From: Planctomycetota bacterium
GTDB taxonomy: Bacteria > Planctomycetota > B15-G4
Direction: 5' to 3'
Length of the DNA stretch: 64,000 nucleotides
Assembly (NCBI GenBank): GCA_965248575.1
Contig: CBDFJQ010000002.1
Span: 5,088,001-5,152,000 of the forward strand
Position 1 is the first letter of the stretch. Each line of letters begins with the position of its first letter. Position numbers and translations under genes: made by a program. The notes under the pieces were generated by a model. It saw only the letters and a program-made list of their open reading frames with translations, did not search any database and was not told where the DNA came from. Shown here in pieces: positions 10,066 through 19,299 of the stretch.

Positions 10066-10935
10066 ATGCGCTTGATCCTGACGCTCCTGGTGCGTGACGA
10101 AGAGGACATCCTCGAGGCCAACCTGCGGTATCACCTCAGCCGAGGCGTGGACCACATCCTGGTGACGGACAACCGGTCCGTGGATGGCACGCCGGAGATC
10201 CTGCGTCGCTTTGAGCGACAGGGGGTGGTGAGTGTCCGCTCCGAAGGCGAAGACACCTACGACCAATGGCGTTGGGTGACGCGCATGGCCCGCGAGGCCT
10301 TCCAGGAGCATGGGGCCGACTGGGTCATCCACGCCGATGCGGACGAGTTCTGGTGGCCTGCCGATGGTGACCTCAAGGCGGCCTTGGCGACGGTGCCTGC
10401 GCCTTTCGGTGCTTTGAAGGTTCCGCGCAACAACTTCCGGGTTCTGCGAGACCAGGCCGGGCCGTGCATCGGGAACATGTTGCTGCGTGAGGTGGAGTCC
10501 CAGAGCTATCTGGGCCGCCCGCTGCTGCCCAAGGTCTGCCACCGCGGCTGCGCCGATGCCGTGCTGCAACAGGGGAACCACGGGCTCCAACAGGAACAGA
10601 TGGAGACGCAACTCCCTGTCTTCGACACACACCAGCCGATCGAGATCCTGCACTTCCAGCTGCGGGGTTGGGAGCAGTTCGAGAACAAGATCGCCCTGGG
10701 TGGGGCGGCCTACGAGCGCAACACGCAGCTGCCTGAGAACCTTGGCAAGGGTTGGCGCCTGCTCTTCGATCTGCGGCGCCAGGGCAAGCTTCGGGACTAC
10801 TACGACGGACAGCTCGTGTCAGCTGCTGAGCGGGAGCAAGGCTTGCTCGACGGGCGCTTCCTGGAAGACCGCCGACTGGCGCGCTGGATGAGTTTGCTGG
10901 CGGCCACGTCACACGGCCCAGCGGTGTCGGCGTGA
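10066..10935 (+). CDS. GT2-like glycosyltransferase (Glyco_tranf_2_4 type)
   Basis: LLVRDEEDIL, DNRSVDGT and WVIHADADEFW motifs. Confidence 0.85.
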   Translation: MRLILTLLVRDEEDILEANLRYHLSRGVDHILVTDNRSVDGTPEILRRFERQGVVSVRSEGEDTYDQWRWVTRMAREAFQEHGADWVIHADADEFWWPADGDLKAALATVPAPFGALKVPRNNFRVLRDQAGPCIGNMLLREVESQSYLGRPLLPKVCHRGCADAVLQQGNHGLQQEQMETQLPVFDTHQPIEILHFQLRGWEQFENKIALGGAAYERNTQLPENLGKGWRLLFDLRRQGKLRDYYDGQLVSAAEREQGLLDGRFLEDRRLARWMSLLAATSHGPAVSA

Positions 10936-11645
10936 ACTACATCATCCTGGGGTGTGGTCGCAGTGGCACGAGCCTGCTGAGCAGCTTGTTCGGCCAAGCT
11001 GGCTTCGAGCTAGGTGCCAAGCTGCACCCGCCGCGCCACAGCAATCCCCCTGGTTTCTTCGAGAGCGGGGAGGTGAACCAGATCAACAACCTGCTGCTCG
11101 AGGGGCACCCTTCGCGCAACGGCTTGAGCGGTTGGGTGGGGGAGTATGAGCGCCCTGTCGAGGAGCTCGCTGCGGACGTTCGCCCACGGGTGGAAGCACT
11201 CGTGGCTCGTCAGCCCTTCTGCTTCAAGGACCCGCGCTTCTCCTTCACCTTGCCGGCCTGGGCGGACAGTCTGGGTGCGTTCAGCGCGCTCTTCGTGTTC
11301 CGGCATCCCGCTTGGGTCGTGGCCTCAATGCTCAAGGAGTGCAGCGCCTATTACCCGCAGTACGGCCTGACGGCGCCCATGGCCGAACGCATCTGGTGTG
11401 CTCATGCCCTGAGCCTGTTCGAGTTCTTGCAGCCGCGCTACAGAGTCCTATGCGTGGCTTATGAAGATCTCCTCGACGGCATAGGCGTGCGAGCCCTGGG
11501 TGCTCGACTCGGTCTCGAGCTGGACCAGCGCCTGGTCCAGAAGACCTTGAACCGCAGCAAGCCCGTCGGGCGGGCTGCGGAGGGACGCGCCTTGGACAGC
11601 CGGACCCTGGAGATCTTCGCCCGCTTGCGGGAGCTGAGGGTCTAG
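10932..11645 (+). CDS. Sulfotransferase family protein
   Basis: PAPS-binding loop LGCGRSGTSLL, FKDPRF, RHPAWVVAS and YEDL; GTGA overlap with the GT2 gene. Confidence 0.82.
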   Translation: MNYIILGCGRSGTSLLSSLFGQAGFELGAKLHPPRHSNPPGFFESGEVNQINNLLLEGHPSRNGLSGWVGEYERPVEELAADVRPRVEALVARQPFCFKDPRFSFTLPAWADSLGAFSALFVFRHPAWVVASMLKECSAYYPQYGLTAPMAERIWCAHALSLFEFLQPRYRVLCVAYEDLLDGIGVRALGARLGLELDQRLVQKTLNRSKPVGRAAEGRALDSRTLEIFARLRELRV

Positions 11646-11719
11646 AGCGCGGGAGCGGACCGCTGCGGCCGGATCCGTTTCCACGAGATTCTGAGGCGCT
11701 GATAGACTCGGCAACGCTC

Positions 11720-12535
11720 ATGTCCATCCACCGCCTTGACGATTCGCCGCTTTTCCCCGCCGTCGAGGGCGCAGACTCGGACGGCTTGCTGGCGATCGGT
11801 GGCGACCTGCGATTGGACCGCTTGCTCGAAGCCTACCGCCGCGGCATTTTCCCTTGGCCGAACGAAGACCTGCCTCTGCTCTGGTTCGCCCCGCCTGAGC
11901 GCATGGTGTTGCGCCCCGGAGCTGCGCACATGTCGCGCAGCTTGCGCGCCCACCTGCGTCGCAGCGGCGACGAGGTGCGTTTTGACACCGCCTTCGAAGC
12001 GGTGATCCGCGGCTGTGCTCGGGCCCCGCGCCCGGGCCAGGATGGCACCTGGATCAACGCCGAGATGGTCGACGCCTACATCCGCCTGCACGAGGCTGGC
12101 TATGCCCATTCGGTGGAGACCTGGCGTCGCGGCCAGTTGGTCGGTGGCCTCTACGGCATCTCATTGGGGGGCTTGTTCTTCGGCGAGTCGATGTTCAGTT
12201 GCGAGGTGAACGCCTCGAAGGTGGCCTTCGTGAGCTTGTGCCAGGAGCTGGCAGCGTCAGCCTTCCGTCTCTTTGATTGCCAGATGTACACCTCGCATCT
12301 GCAGACCATGGGTGCCTCGTTGATGCCCCGTGCCGAGTTCATGAACGAGTTGCGGGCTGGCCTTGAACAACCCACGCTGCGTGGTGCGTGGAGGCTGGCG
12401 GGAGCAGGCAAGGGCCTGGTGGCCGTGGAGCCTGCCCCGATCGGGAGTCCGCACGAGGGCGCGGCGGCGTCGTTGGCGTCGACGGCTTCACCCAGGCGCC
12501 GCCCTGACCCTCGCAGCACGGGTGCCTTGGCGTAG
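11720..12535 (+). CDS. aat: Leucyl/phenylalanyl-tRNA--protein transferase
   Basis: GLLAIGGDL, AYRRGIFPW, GTWI, AHSVETW, GGLYG, FFGESMFS, ASKVA and DCQ motifs. Confidence 0.96.
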   Translation: MSIHRLDDSPLFPAVEGADSDGLLAIGGDLRLDRLLEAYRRGIFPWPNEDLPLLWFAPPERMVLRPGAAHMSRSLRAHLRRSGDEVRFDTAFEAVIRGCARAPRPGQDGTWINAEMVDAYIRLHEAGYAHSVETWRRGQLVGGLYGISLGGLFFGESMFSCEVNASKVAFVSLCQELAASAFRLFDCQMYTSHLQTMGASLMPRAEFMNELRAGLEQPTLRGAWRLAGAGKGLVAVEPAPIGSPHEGAAASLASTASPRRRPDPRSTGALA

Positions 12536-12548
12536 TCCTGACGGGCTC

Positions 12549-14075
12549 CTAGAGCGACTTCAGGAAGACGTCGTCCACCTCGTTTTCGTCATCTTGCGCG
12601 AGATCAGAGGCCCTGCTGGAGAAGGCCACCATGTCGCCGTCCGGCGAGAGCGCCACGAGGTTGCTGTCGCCGCGCTCGCCACCGGAGACCTGTGGCGCGC
12701 TCAGAAGGCGCAAGGTGTGCGCCTGGCGATCCAGCAGATAGGCGTCGGCCACGGTGTCGCAGTCCTTGGGGTTCAGGTTGCGGGCCAGGCTTTGGAAGCC
12801 CACGAAGCGCCCATCCCCTGAGATCGTCGGGCTGAAGCAACGGTCGTCCGCCGCCTCTCCCGTGAAGGACAGGCTGACCTGTTCTGTCGTGCCCAGCACG
12901 CGGTCACGAAGGAAGACCTGTTCGACGATGGCGTGAGAAGCGTCGGACACAGGATTGTCGGCCACAAGATTGTCGGCCAGGCTGAGGAAGGCAACGTAGC
13001 GGCCGTTGCGGCTCAGGGAAGACTGTGGGAAGAGGCCACCGGAGGCATTGGCCTCGACACCCCCTGGTCCTACGTTGATGCGCTCGATCACACCTGTCTG
13101 CCGATCGAAGACGAACACATCGCCAGTCCCGTTCGCGTCGTCTGCTACGAGGTCGCTTCGATCGCTGGCAAAACTGATGAAGCGACCATCGCCCGAGATG
13201 GAAGGGTGAGTGCTCGAGCCTCCCTGAAGGCCCGCTCCCTGGCTGACGAGGGTCGTTTCACCGGACGTGCGGTCGAACAGGAAGATGTCGCAGAGCCCAT
13301 TGGCGTCCTGGCTCACCAGGTTGTCGGCCCAGCTCTGATACACCACGAATCGGCCGTCGTCCGAAACATCGGGGGCTGAACTCGTTCCGGTCCCTTGCTC
13401 GCCGTCCAGCCCGCGGGACACGAGCTGGGCCTGCCCCGTGGAGACGTCATGCAACACGATGTCCCCGAAGGGCATGTCCTTGCCGGGCAGGAGGTTGGTG
13501 GCATAGGTGGTGTAGGTGACCCATTTGCCGTCGGCAGAAATACGCGGGGTGCGGCTCGGTCCGTCGGCGCCTGCTTTGGTGGGGCCGGCGCTCAGGCGCA
13601 GCGGATGCAAGTCCTCCAGTGGGTCGCACCCGGTGATCCCACCTTCGACCCAGCCGGTCGGCATCAAGAAGATGTCTGAGCGACGGTTCTCGTCCCCACG
13701 CACAAGGTCGCCGGCGTCGCTGTCGAACACGAGCAAGCTGCCGTCGGCGCTGAGATCCACGCCGTGGATTCCGCTGCGGCCCGCCGCGGCGCTGCCCGAG
13801 GGGCTGCGCGACATGAGGCGGATCGGCGCATCGTGATCCGGGGGGCCGATGGGCCTGGGTCCGGCTGTGCCGCTCCCGCTCCTGCTCATCCTCATGATGG
13901 GGGCCACAACCGCGTTGGAAAGCCCGGTCGAGAAGGCGAGGGCCTTCGCACCGGGCGCCGCCTGGGGGGCCAGGATGGCGGCAGCGTCGGGCGCACCGGT
14001 AGCACGTTCGGGCGCAGCTCCGAGGAGCGCACACGCCAAGGCGCATACCGCGAGGGATGACGAGCAAATCGTCAC
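12549..14075 (-). CDS. Secreted TolB-like/PD40 beta-propeller protein
   Basis: Signal peptide followed by repeated S-x-DG-(R/K)-F-V-x-F-x-S-x-A-x-NLV...D-x-N...DVF units. Confidence 0.85.
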   Translation of the reverse strand: MTICSSSLAVCALACALLGAAPERATGAPDAAAILAPQAAPGAKALAFSTGLSNAVVAPIMRMSRSGSGTAGPRPIGPPDHDAPIRLMSRSPSGSAAAGRSGIHGVDLSADGSLLVFDSDAGDLVRGDENRRSDIFLMPTGWVEGGITGCDPLEDLHPLRLSAGPTKAGADGPSRTPRISADGKWVTYTTYATNLLPGKDMPFGDIVLHDVSTGQAQLVSRGLDGEQGTGTSSAPDVSDDGRFVVYQSWADNLVSQDANGLCDIFLFDRTSGETTLVSQGAGLQGGSSTHPSISGDGRFISFASDRSDLVADDANGTGDVFVFDRQTGVIERINVGPGGVEANASGGLFPQSSLSRNGRYVAFLSLADNLVADNPVSDASHAIVEQVFLRDRVLGTTEQVSLSFTGEAADDRCFSPTISGDGRFVGFQSLARNLNPKDCDTVADAYLLDRQAHTLRLLSAPQVSGGERGDSNLVALSPDGDMVAFSSRASDLAQDDENEVDDVFLKSL

Positions 14076-14328
14076 GAGGCTGGGGATGTCGAGGAGAGGG
14101 AGGAGGATGCTTGGGCGAGATCAGCCACGAGCGCCCTCAGCCGGGAGGGGGCGAAGAACGCTCGTTTCGGGAGGCAATCTCTGTCACTCATAGGCGCTTC
14201 GGGTGCTGGGTAACCCATGAGTGCGCAGGCAGCCTCTCATGAAAGGCAGGAGACGGACACTCTGAGCCCGTCACTTGTTGGTCTCAGCATGGTCAGCAAC
14301 GGCGAATTGGGGGCATGTCGAGAGAGTG

Positions 14329-14829
14329 TCAGACCTGTGGATCTCTGACACGAAAGCTGGTGCCCACCGAGAGTCGGCCGATCTTCAGGACCCGGGTGTA
14401 GGCCCTGGCCTGGCCCGGATGGCGGTCGACATGGAGCCGGGTACTGTTGCCGTCGTGGAAGGATCCGGCGATCTGCTTGCAAGGGACGGCCCAGCTCGTC
14501 ACTTCGAGTTCCAGCCCGCCGTCGAAGTGCAGCCTGCTGCCCAGCTGGAGACGGCTCCAATCAACGCCCGCCAAGGTCAGGTTCTCACCCACCGTGCCGG
14601 GGGCGATGGGGTGACCGCGCGCACGCAGGGCTTCGATCACGTCCAGGCCCAAGAGGCAGACGGCCCGGTCCGGCCCACCGTGGTACTGACGGTTGGCTTG
14701 ACGGTCACCCACCAGTCCCGTGTGCAGGACCTCGACGTCTTCGACAGCCCGCTTGGGAACACCACCCCGTGAGAGGTTGATGGCATGCACGGTGCCTTGG
14801 ACTTCACGTTCTGATTGAGGAAGTTCCAT
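14329..14829 (-). CDS. MOSC domain protein (YiiM-like)
   Basis: GGVPK, GLVGD, YHGGPDRAV, GENLT and PC motifs. Confidence 0.88.
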   Translation of the reverse strand: MELPQSEREVQGTVHAINLSRGGVPKRAVEDVEVLHTGLVGDRQANRQYHGGPDRAVCLLGLDVIEALRARGHPIAPGTVGENLTLAGVDWSRLQLGSRLHFDGGLELEVTSWAVPCKQIAGSFHDGNSTRLHVDRHPGQARAYTRVLKIGRLSVGTSFRVRDPQV

Positions 14830-14927
14830 GGGGCTGAGAATACCGCGCAACGGGCGGTTCGACCCCAGTGAAGGGGCTTGGTACCGTGCGGCCCCGCGCC
14901 CCTCTCCGCGCCCCCCAGTGACCTGCG

Positions 14928-16142
14928 ATGCCGCTGCCTAGCCCTTTCCATCCACGCACCGCCGAGCTGTGCACGAGCCTCAACTGGAAGGAATGGGCGG
15001 GCTATCACGCGGTGTGCAGCTACGGGACGATCCACGACCCGGAGTACCACGCGGTGCGTCAGGCGGCAGGTCTGCTCGATGTCACCCCGCTCTACAAGTT
15101 CGAGGTGAAGGGCAAGGACGCGACGGCTTTCCTGAACTTCGTGTCCGCGCGAAACGTGTCCAAGCTGGCGTTGGGTCAGGTGGGCTACGGGTGCTGGTGT
15201 GACGAGCACGGCAAGGTGCTCGACGACGGTACGGTCACGCGCTGGGAAGAGCAGCGCTACCGCGTGACGTCGGCCGACCCCTCCTTCGGGTGGTTCTTGC
15301 GCCACGCACGCGGCTTTGATGTCGACATCGAGGATGTGAGCGGGCACGTGGCGGGCCTGGCGCTGCAGGGGCCGCGTGCTCGGGCGATCCTGGAGAGTGC
15401 GTGTGACGACGCAGCCGGGGTGAGGCAGTTGGGTTTCTTCCGCGCCCTCCAGACGCGGGTGGCGGGCGTCCCGGTCGACATCACACGCACGGGGTACACG
15501 GGCGATCTCGGCTACGAGATCTGGATTCCTCGGCAGCAGGCGCTGCCCGTCTGGGATGCCCTGATGGAAGCTGGAGGACCCCACGCGATCCTGCCCATGG
15601 GGCTCGACGCACTGGATGTGTGTCGGGTCGAAGCGGGCTTCATCCTGCTGGGCGTGGACTATTTCAGCGCGCGGCGCTGTCTCACGGATGCCCAGAAGTC
15701 GACACCGTACGAGCTGGGCCTGGGTTGGACGGTGCACACCAAGCGCGACCCTTTCCTGGGTCGGGATGCCCTGCGGCAGGAGAAAGCGAACGGTTCGGTG
15801 TGGTCGCTCGTGGGCCTGAACATCGACTGGGTCGAGTTGGAGGATCTCTACGATTCCTTCGGCTTGCCGCCTCAGCTTTCGAGCCACGCCTGGCGCACCG
15901 CCGTGCCGGTCTACCACTCAGGCACGCAGGTGGGGCAGGCCACCAGCGGCACCTGGTCGCCGATGCTCAAGCAGAATCTGGCCCTGGCGAGCGTGCATGC
16001 GGAGCATGCGGTGCCGGGCAAACGCCTCGAGATTGAAGTGACGGTAGAGTTCCAGCGCCGGCGCGTGAGCGCGACCGTGACCGAGACGCCCTTCTTCAAC
16101 CCCGAACGGAAACGGTCACTCCCGGAAGCGGACGACTCATGA
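14928..16142 (+). CDS. Aminomethyltransferase family protein (GcvT-like, THF-binding)
   Basis: AGLLDVTPL, GKVLDDG, LALQGP, TRTGYTGDLGYEI, RVEAG and TPYELGLGW motifs. Confidence 0.9.
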   Translation: MPLPSPFHPRTAELCTSLNWKEWAGYHAVCSYGTIHDPEYHAVRQAAGLLDVTPLYKFEVKGKDATAFLNFVSARNVSKLALGQVGYGCWCDEHGKVLDDGTVTRWEEQRYRVTSADPSFGWFLRHARGFDVDIEDVSGHVAGLALQGPRARAILESACDDAAGVRQLGFFRALQTRVAGVPVDITRTGYTGDLGYEIWIPRQQALPVWDALMEAGGPHAILPMGLDALDVCRVEAGFILLGVDYFSARRCLTDAQKSTPYELGLGWTVHTKRDPFLGRDALRQEKANGSVWSLVGLNIDWVELEDLYDSFGLPPQLSSHAWRTAVPVYHSGTQVGQATSGTWSPMLKQNLALASVHAEHAVPGKRLEIEVTVEFQRRRVSATVTETPFFNPERKRSLPEADDS

Positions 16143-17728
16143 CGCAGACCTGGGATGCCATCATTGTCGGCGGGGGGCACAACGGCCTCGTCTGTGCTGC
16201 CTATCTGGCCAAGGCCGGGCGCAAGGTGCTCGTGTTGGAGCGCCGCCACGTCCTGGGTGGTGCTGCCGTCTCCGAGGAGGTGCACCCCGGCTTCACCTTC
16301 AGCGTCTGCAGCTATGTGGTCAGCCTGCTGCGGCCGTGGATCATCCGTGACCTGCAGCTGGCCCGCTTCGGCCTGGAGCTGATCCCCCTCGAGTGTTCCT
16401 TCCTGCCGCTGCCTGACGGCCGCAGTCTCGCGCGCTGGGATGACCCCGAGCGCACGCGCCAGGAGATCGCAGCCTTCAGCCAGAAGGACAGCGAGATGTA
16501 CCCCGAGTTCGGGCAGGCCATGGCGCAGATGGCTCGGGTGGTGAAGCCGCTCATCGATGCGCCTGCACCCAAACCCGGTTCCCTGCGCCCGCGGGACCTC
16601 GCCGAGTTGCTGCAGTTGGGCAAGCACTTCGGAGGGATCTCGTCCGAGCATCGTCTCCTGCTGAGCAAGATGATGACCATGAGTGCGGCGGACTTCCTCG
16701 ACGAGTGGTTCGAGTCCGACGTGCTCAAGGCGCCCATGTCCGTCAGCGGCATCATCGGTACCTTCCAAGGTGTGCGCAGCCCGGGCACCGCCTACGTCTT
16801 GCTGCATCACTACATGGGCGAGATCGACGGGGCCTTCCGGTCGTGGGGCTTCAGCAAGGGCGGCACGGGCCAGGTGAGCAACGCCATCGCCACGGCGGCC
16901 CGGCACTTCGGCGCCGAGATCCGCACCGAGGCGGGCATCGAGCGGGTCATGGTCAACGGAGGCAAGGCCACCGGCGTGGTGCTGGAGGATGGCACCGAGC
17001 TGCGCGCCAAGACGGTGGTGTCGAGCGTCGACCCGAACCGCACGTTCTTGGGCATGGTGGGGGCGAAGCACCTGCCGGATGAGTTCGTTTCGCAGATCGG
17101 TCGCTACAAGCTGCGCGGCAGTTCCGGGAAAGTGAACCTGGCGGTGGACCGTTTGCCCTCGTTCTCCAGCCGACCCGGTCTGGGTGGGCATCTGCGCGGT
17201 GACATCGCCATCTGTCCCAGCACCGACTACCTGGAACGTGCCTACGATCAAGCGAAGTACGGCGAGTTCAGCACGCGGCCCTATCTGAACGTGGTCGTGC
17301 CCTCCGTCGTCGACCCCAGCGTGGCGCCCCCGGGGCAGCACGTCATCTCGTGTTTCGTTCAGTACGCGCCCTACAACCTGAAGACCGGGCCCGAGAGTTG
17401 GCCCGAGCATCGCGAGGCCTTTGGGGATGCCGTGGTCGACACGCTGGCCGAGTATGTGCCCGAGCTCAAGGAGTCGATCCTGCATCGTCAGGTCCTGACC
17501 CCTTGGGATCTCGAGCAGGAGTTCGGTCTGACGGAAGGCAACATCTTCCACGGCGAGTTGAGCCTGGAGCAGTTGGCGTTCCAACGACCCGCGCCGGGCT
17601 GGGCCCACTACAAGACACCGGTGGACGCGCTGTGGATGTGTGGCAGCGGGACTCACCCCGGGGGCGGGATCATGGGGGCCTGTGGCGCCCTGGCCGCCAA
17701 AGCCATGTTGCAGGGGAGGCACGTGTGA
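16139..17728 (+). CDS. FAD-dependent oxidoreductase, phytoene dehydrogenase/PYROXD2-like
   Basis: GGGHNGLVCAAYLA, GNIFHGELSLEQL and CGSGTHPGGGIMG motifs; ATGA overlap. Confidence 0.9.
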   Translation: MTQTWDAIIVGGGHNGLVCAAYLAKAGRKVLVLERRHVLGGAAVSEEVHPGFTFSVCSYVVSLLRPWIIRDLQLARFGLELIPLECSFLPLPDGRSLARWDDPERTRQEIAAFSQKDSEMYPEFGQAMAQMARVVKPLIDAPAPKPGSLRPRDLAELLQLGKHFGGISSEHRLLLSKMMTMSAADFLDEWFESDVLKAPMSVSGIIGTFQGVRSPGTAYVLLHHYMGEIDGAFRSWGFSKGGTGQVSNAIATAARHFGAEIRTEAGIERVMVNGGKATGVVLEDGTELRAKTVVSSVDPNRTFLGMVGAKHLPDEFVSQIGRYKLRGSSGKVNLAVDRLPSFSSRPGLGGHLRGDIAICPSTDYLERAYDQAKYGEFSTRPYLNVVVPSVVDPSVAPPGQHVISCFVQYAPYNLKTGPESWPEHREAFGDAVVDTLAEYVPELKESILHRQVLTPWDLEQEFGLTEGNIFHGELSLEQLAFQRPAPGWAHYKTPVDALWMCGSGTHPGGGIMGACGALAAKAMLQGRHV

Positions 17729-19299
17729 GCGCTTCCACGCTCGTCATCGGCGGCGGCCACAACGGCCTGGTGTGTGCCACGCTGCTGGCTCGCGCCGGCC
17801 AGCAGGTGACGCTGCTGGAGCAGCGGGACGTACTCGGTGGCCTGGCAGCGGGTGAGGAGTTCCACCCGGGCTTCCGCTCGTCGGGCGTGCACCTGGACAG
17901 CTCACACGTCCGCGCAGCTCTGGTGGCCGAGTTGGGCCTCGAGCAGCACGGTCTGCGCTGGCGCGAGCAGGAGGCTGCGGTCTTCGCTCCCGATGCCGAG
18001 GGAGGTCCGCCCGTCGTCCTGCATCCCAACGACCTGGGTGCCACGGCGCAGGCTCTCAGCCAGCACTCGGACTCCGAGGCGCTCGCATTCCGCCGCTGGT
18101 GCACGGATGTGGAGCGTCTGGGGTCCTTCCTGCGCGGTGTGTTCGACACGGCGCCGCCGGATGTGGAGTCCCGCAACTGGGGCGCCCTGTGGGAGTTGGC
18201 CAAGACGGGCATTGCCCTGCGTCGCCTCGGGCAGCAGGACATGGGCGAGCTCTTGCGCGTCGGCCCCATGTGCGTGGCTGACTGGCTCAACGAACGCTTC
18301 AGCCTGGATCGCCTGAAGGTGTTGCTCGCTCTCCCAGCTGTTGCGGGGACCTGGACTGGCCCCTGGTCTGCAGGCAGTGCTCTGCCCCTGATGGTGGATC
18401 GCGTGACGGCCGGACGCAGTATCCAAGGGGGCGCTCCCGCCTTGATTGCCGCGCTGGAGGCGGCGGCCGTTGCCGCAGGCGTGACCATTCAGACGGGCTG
18501 CACAGTCGAGCGGCTGCTCGTGGTGGAGAGCGAGGTGCGCGGCGTGCTGTTGAGCGATGGCACCGAGATCGCGGCGAGCCAGGTGGCTGCCACGTGTGAC
18601 CCCAAGCAGGCGCTGCTGGATCTCGTGTCACCGCGCGACCTTCCTCCGGTGCTCGAGCGCCGGGGTCAGGCCTGGCGAATGCGCGGGACCACAGCCATGG
18701 TGAACATCGCCCTCTCCGGGCCGCTTGTGTTCAAGGGCTGCGGCGGTTCGTCGTCAGCTGGCGGCGGGCTGGTGGAGCGGGCCGTCCTGGGTTCCGACCT
18801 GGACGCCCTGGAGCGGGCCTTCGATCCCGTCAAGTACGGGGAGTTGCCCGCGGCTCCCTGCTTGGATGTTTCGATTCCAAGCGTGTCCGCACCGGGATTT
18901 GCACCCGACGGGCAGCACGCGGCTACGATCCAGGTGCATTTCGTGCCGCACGCGCTCAAGGGAGGTTGGACCGAAGAGCGACGGGATGAACTGTGGGACA
19001 CGGTCTTCTCAACGCTCCAGCGCTTCACCGACAACATCGGTGAGCGGGTGCTTCACGCCGAGGTGCTCAGTCCGCGCGATCTCGAGCAGCGGTACAAGCT
19101 GACCGGCGGGCATGTGCATCACGGGGAGCTGGCGCTGGATCAATTCCTGCACATGCGTCCGAATCCCGAATGTGCGCGCTATGTGACGCCCTTGAAGGGC
19201 TTGATCTTGTGCGGAAGCGGCGGCCACCCCGGGGGTGGGCTGACGGGCATGCCGGGAGCACTCGGCGCGCGGGCCCTGCTGAGCGAGTCTCAGGGCTGA
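17725..19299 (+). CDS. Second FAD-dependent oxidoreductase, phytoene dehydrogenase/PYROXD2-like
   Basis: GTG 17725 overlaps the previous stop, with GGAGG upstream; GGGHNGLVCA, HHGELALDQ and CGSGGHPGGGLTG motifs. Confidence 0.88.
   Translation: MSASTLVIGGGHNGLVCATLLARAGQQVTLLEQRDVLGGLAAGEEFHPGFRSSGVHLDSSHVRAALVAELGLEQHGLRWREQEAAVFAPDAEGGPPVVLHPNDLGATAQALSQHSDSEALAFRRWCTDVERLGSFLRGVFDTAPPDVESRNWGALWELAKTGIALRRLGQQDMGELLRVGPMCVADWLNERFSLDRLKVLLALPAVAGTWTGPWSAGSALPLMVDRVTAGRSIQGGAPALIAALEAAAVAAGVTIQTGCTVERLLVVESEVRGVLLSDGTEIAASQVAATCDPKQALLDLVSPRDLPPVLERRGQAWRMRGTTAMVNIALSGPLVFKGCGGSSSAGGGLVERAVLGSDLDALERAFDPVKYGELPAAPCLDVSIPSVSAPGFAPDGQHAATIQVHFVPHALKGGWTEERRDELWDTVFSTLQRFTDNIGERVLHAEVLSPRDLEQRYKLTGGHVHHGELALDQFLHMRPNPECARYVTPLKGLILCGSGGHPGGGLTGMPGALGARALLSESQG

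Noticed and set aside
9604..10653. N-terminal 350 aa of ORF 9280..10653
   Set aside because: It overlaps the GT2 gene and the other TRL-like gene; only the portion from ATG 9603 looks real.
14185..14223. CACTCAT...ATGAGTG inverted repeat in an intergenic region, possible structured RNA
   Set aside because: The stem is only 7 bp and I recognise no riboswitch or ncRNA consensus.
14928..16142. Glycine cleavage T protein (gcvT) proper
   Set aside because: No gcvH or gcvP is adjacent and the context points to a different aminomethyltransferase-family member.
16139..19299. Carotenoid biosynthesis (crtI) interpretation
   Set aside because: There is no crtB, crtE or cyclase nearby, and the genes are coupled to a GcvT-like gene instead.
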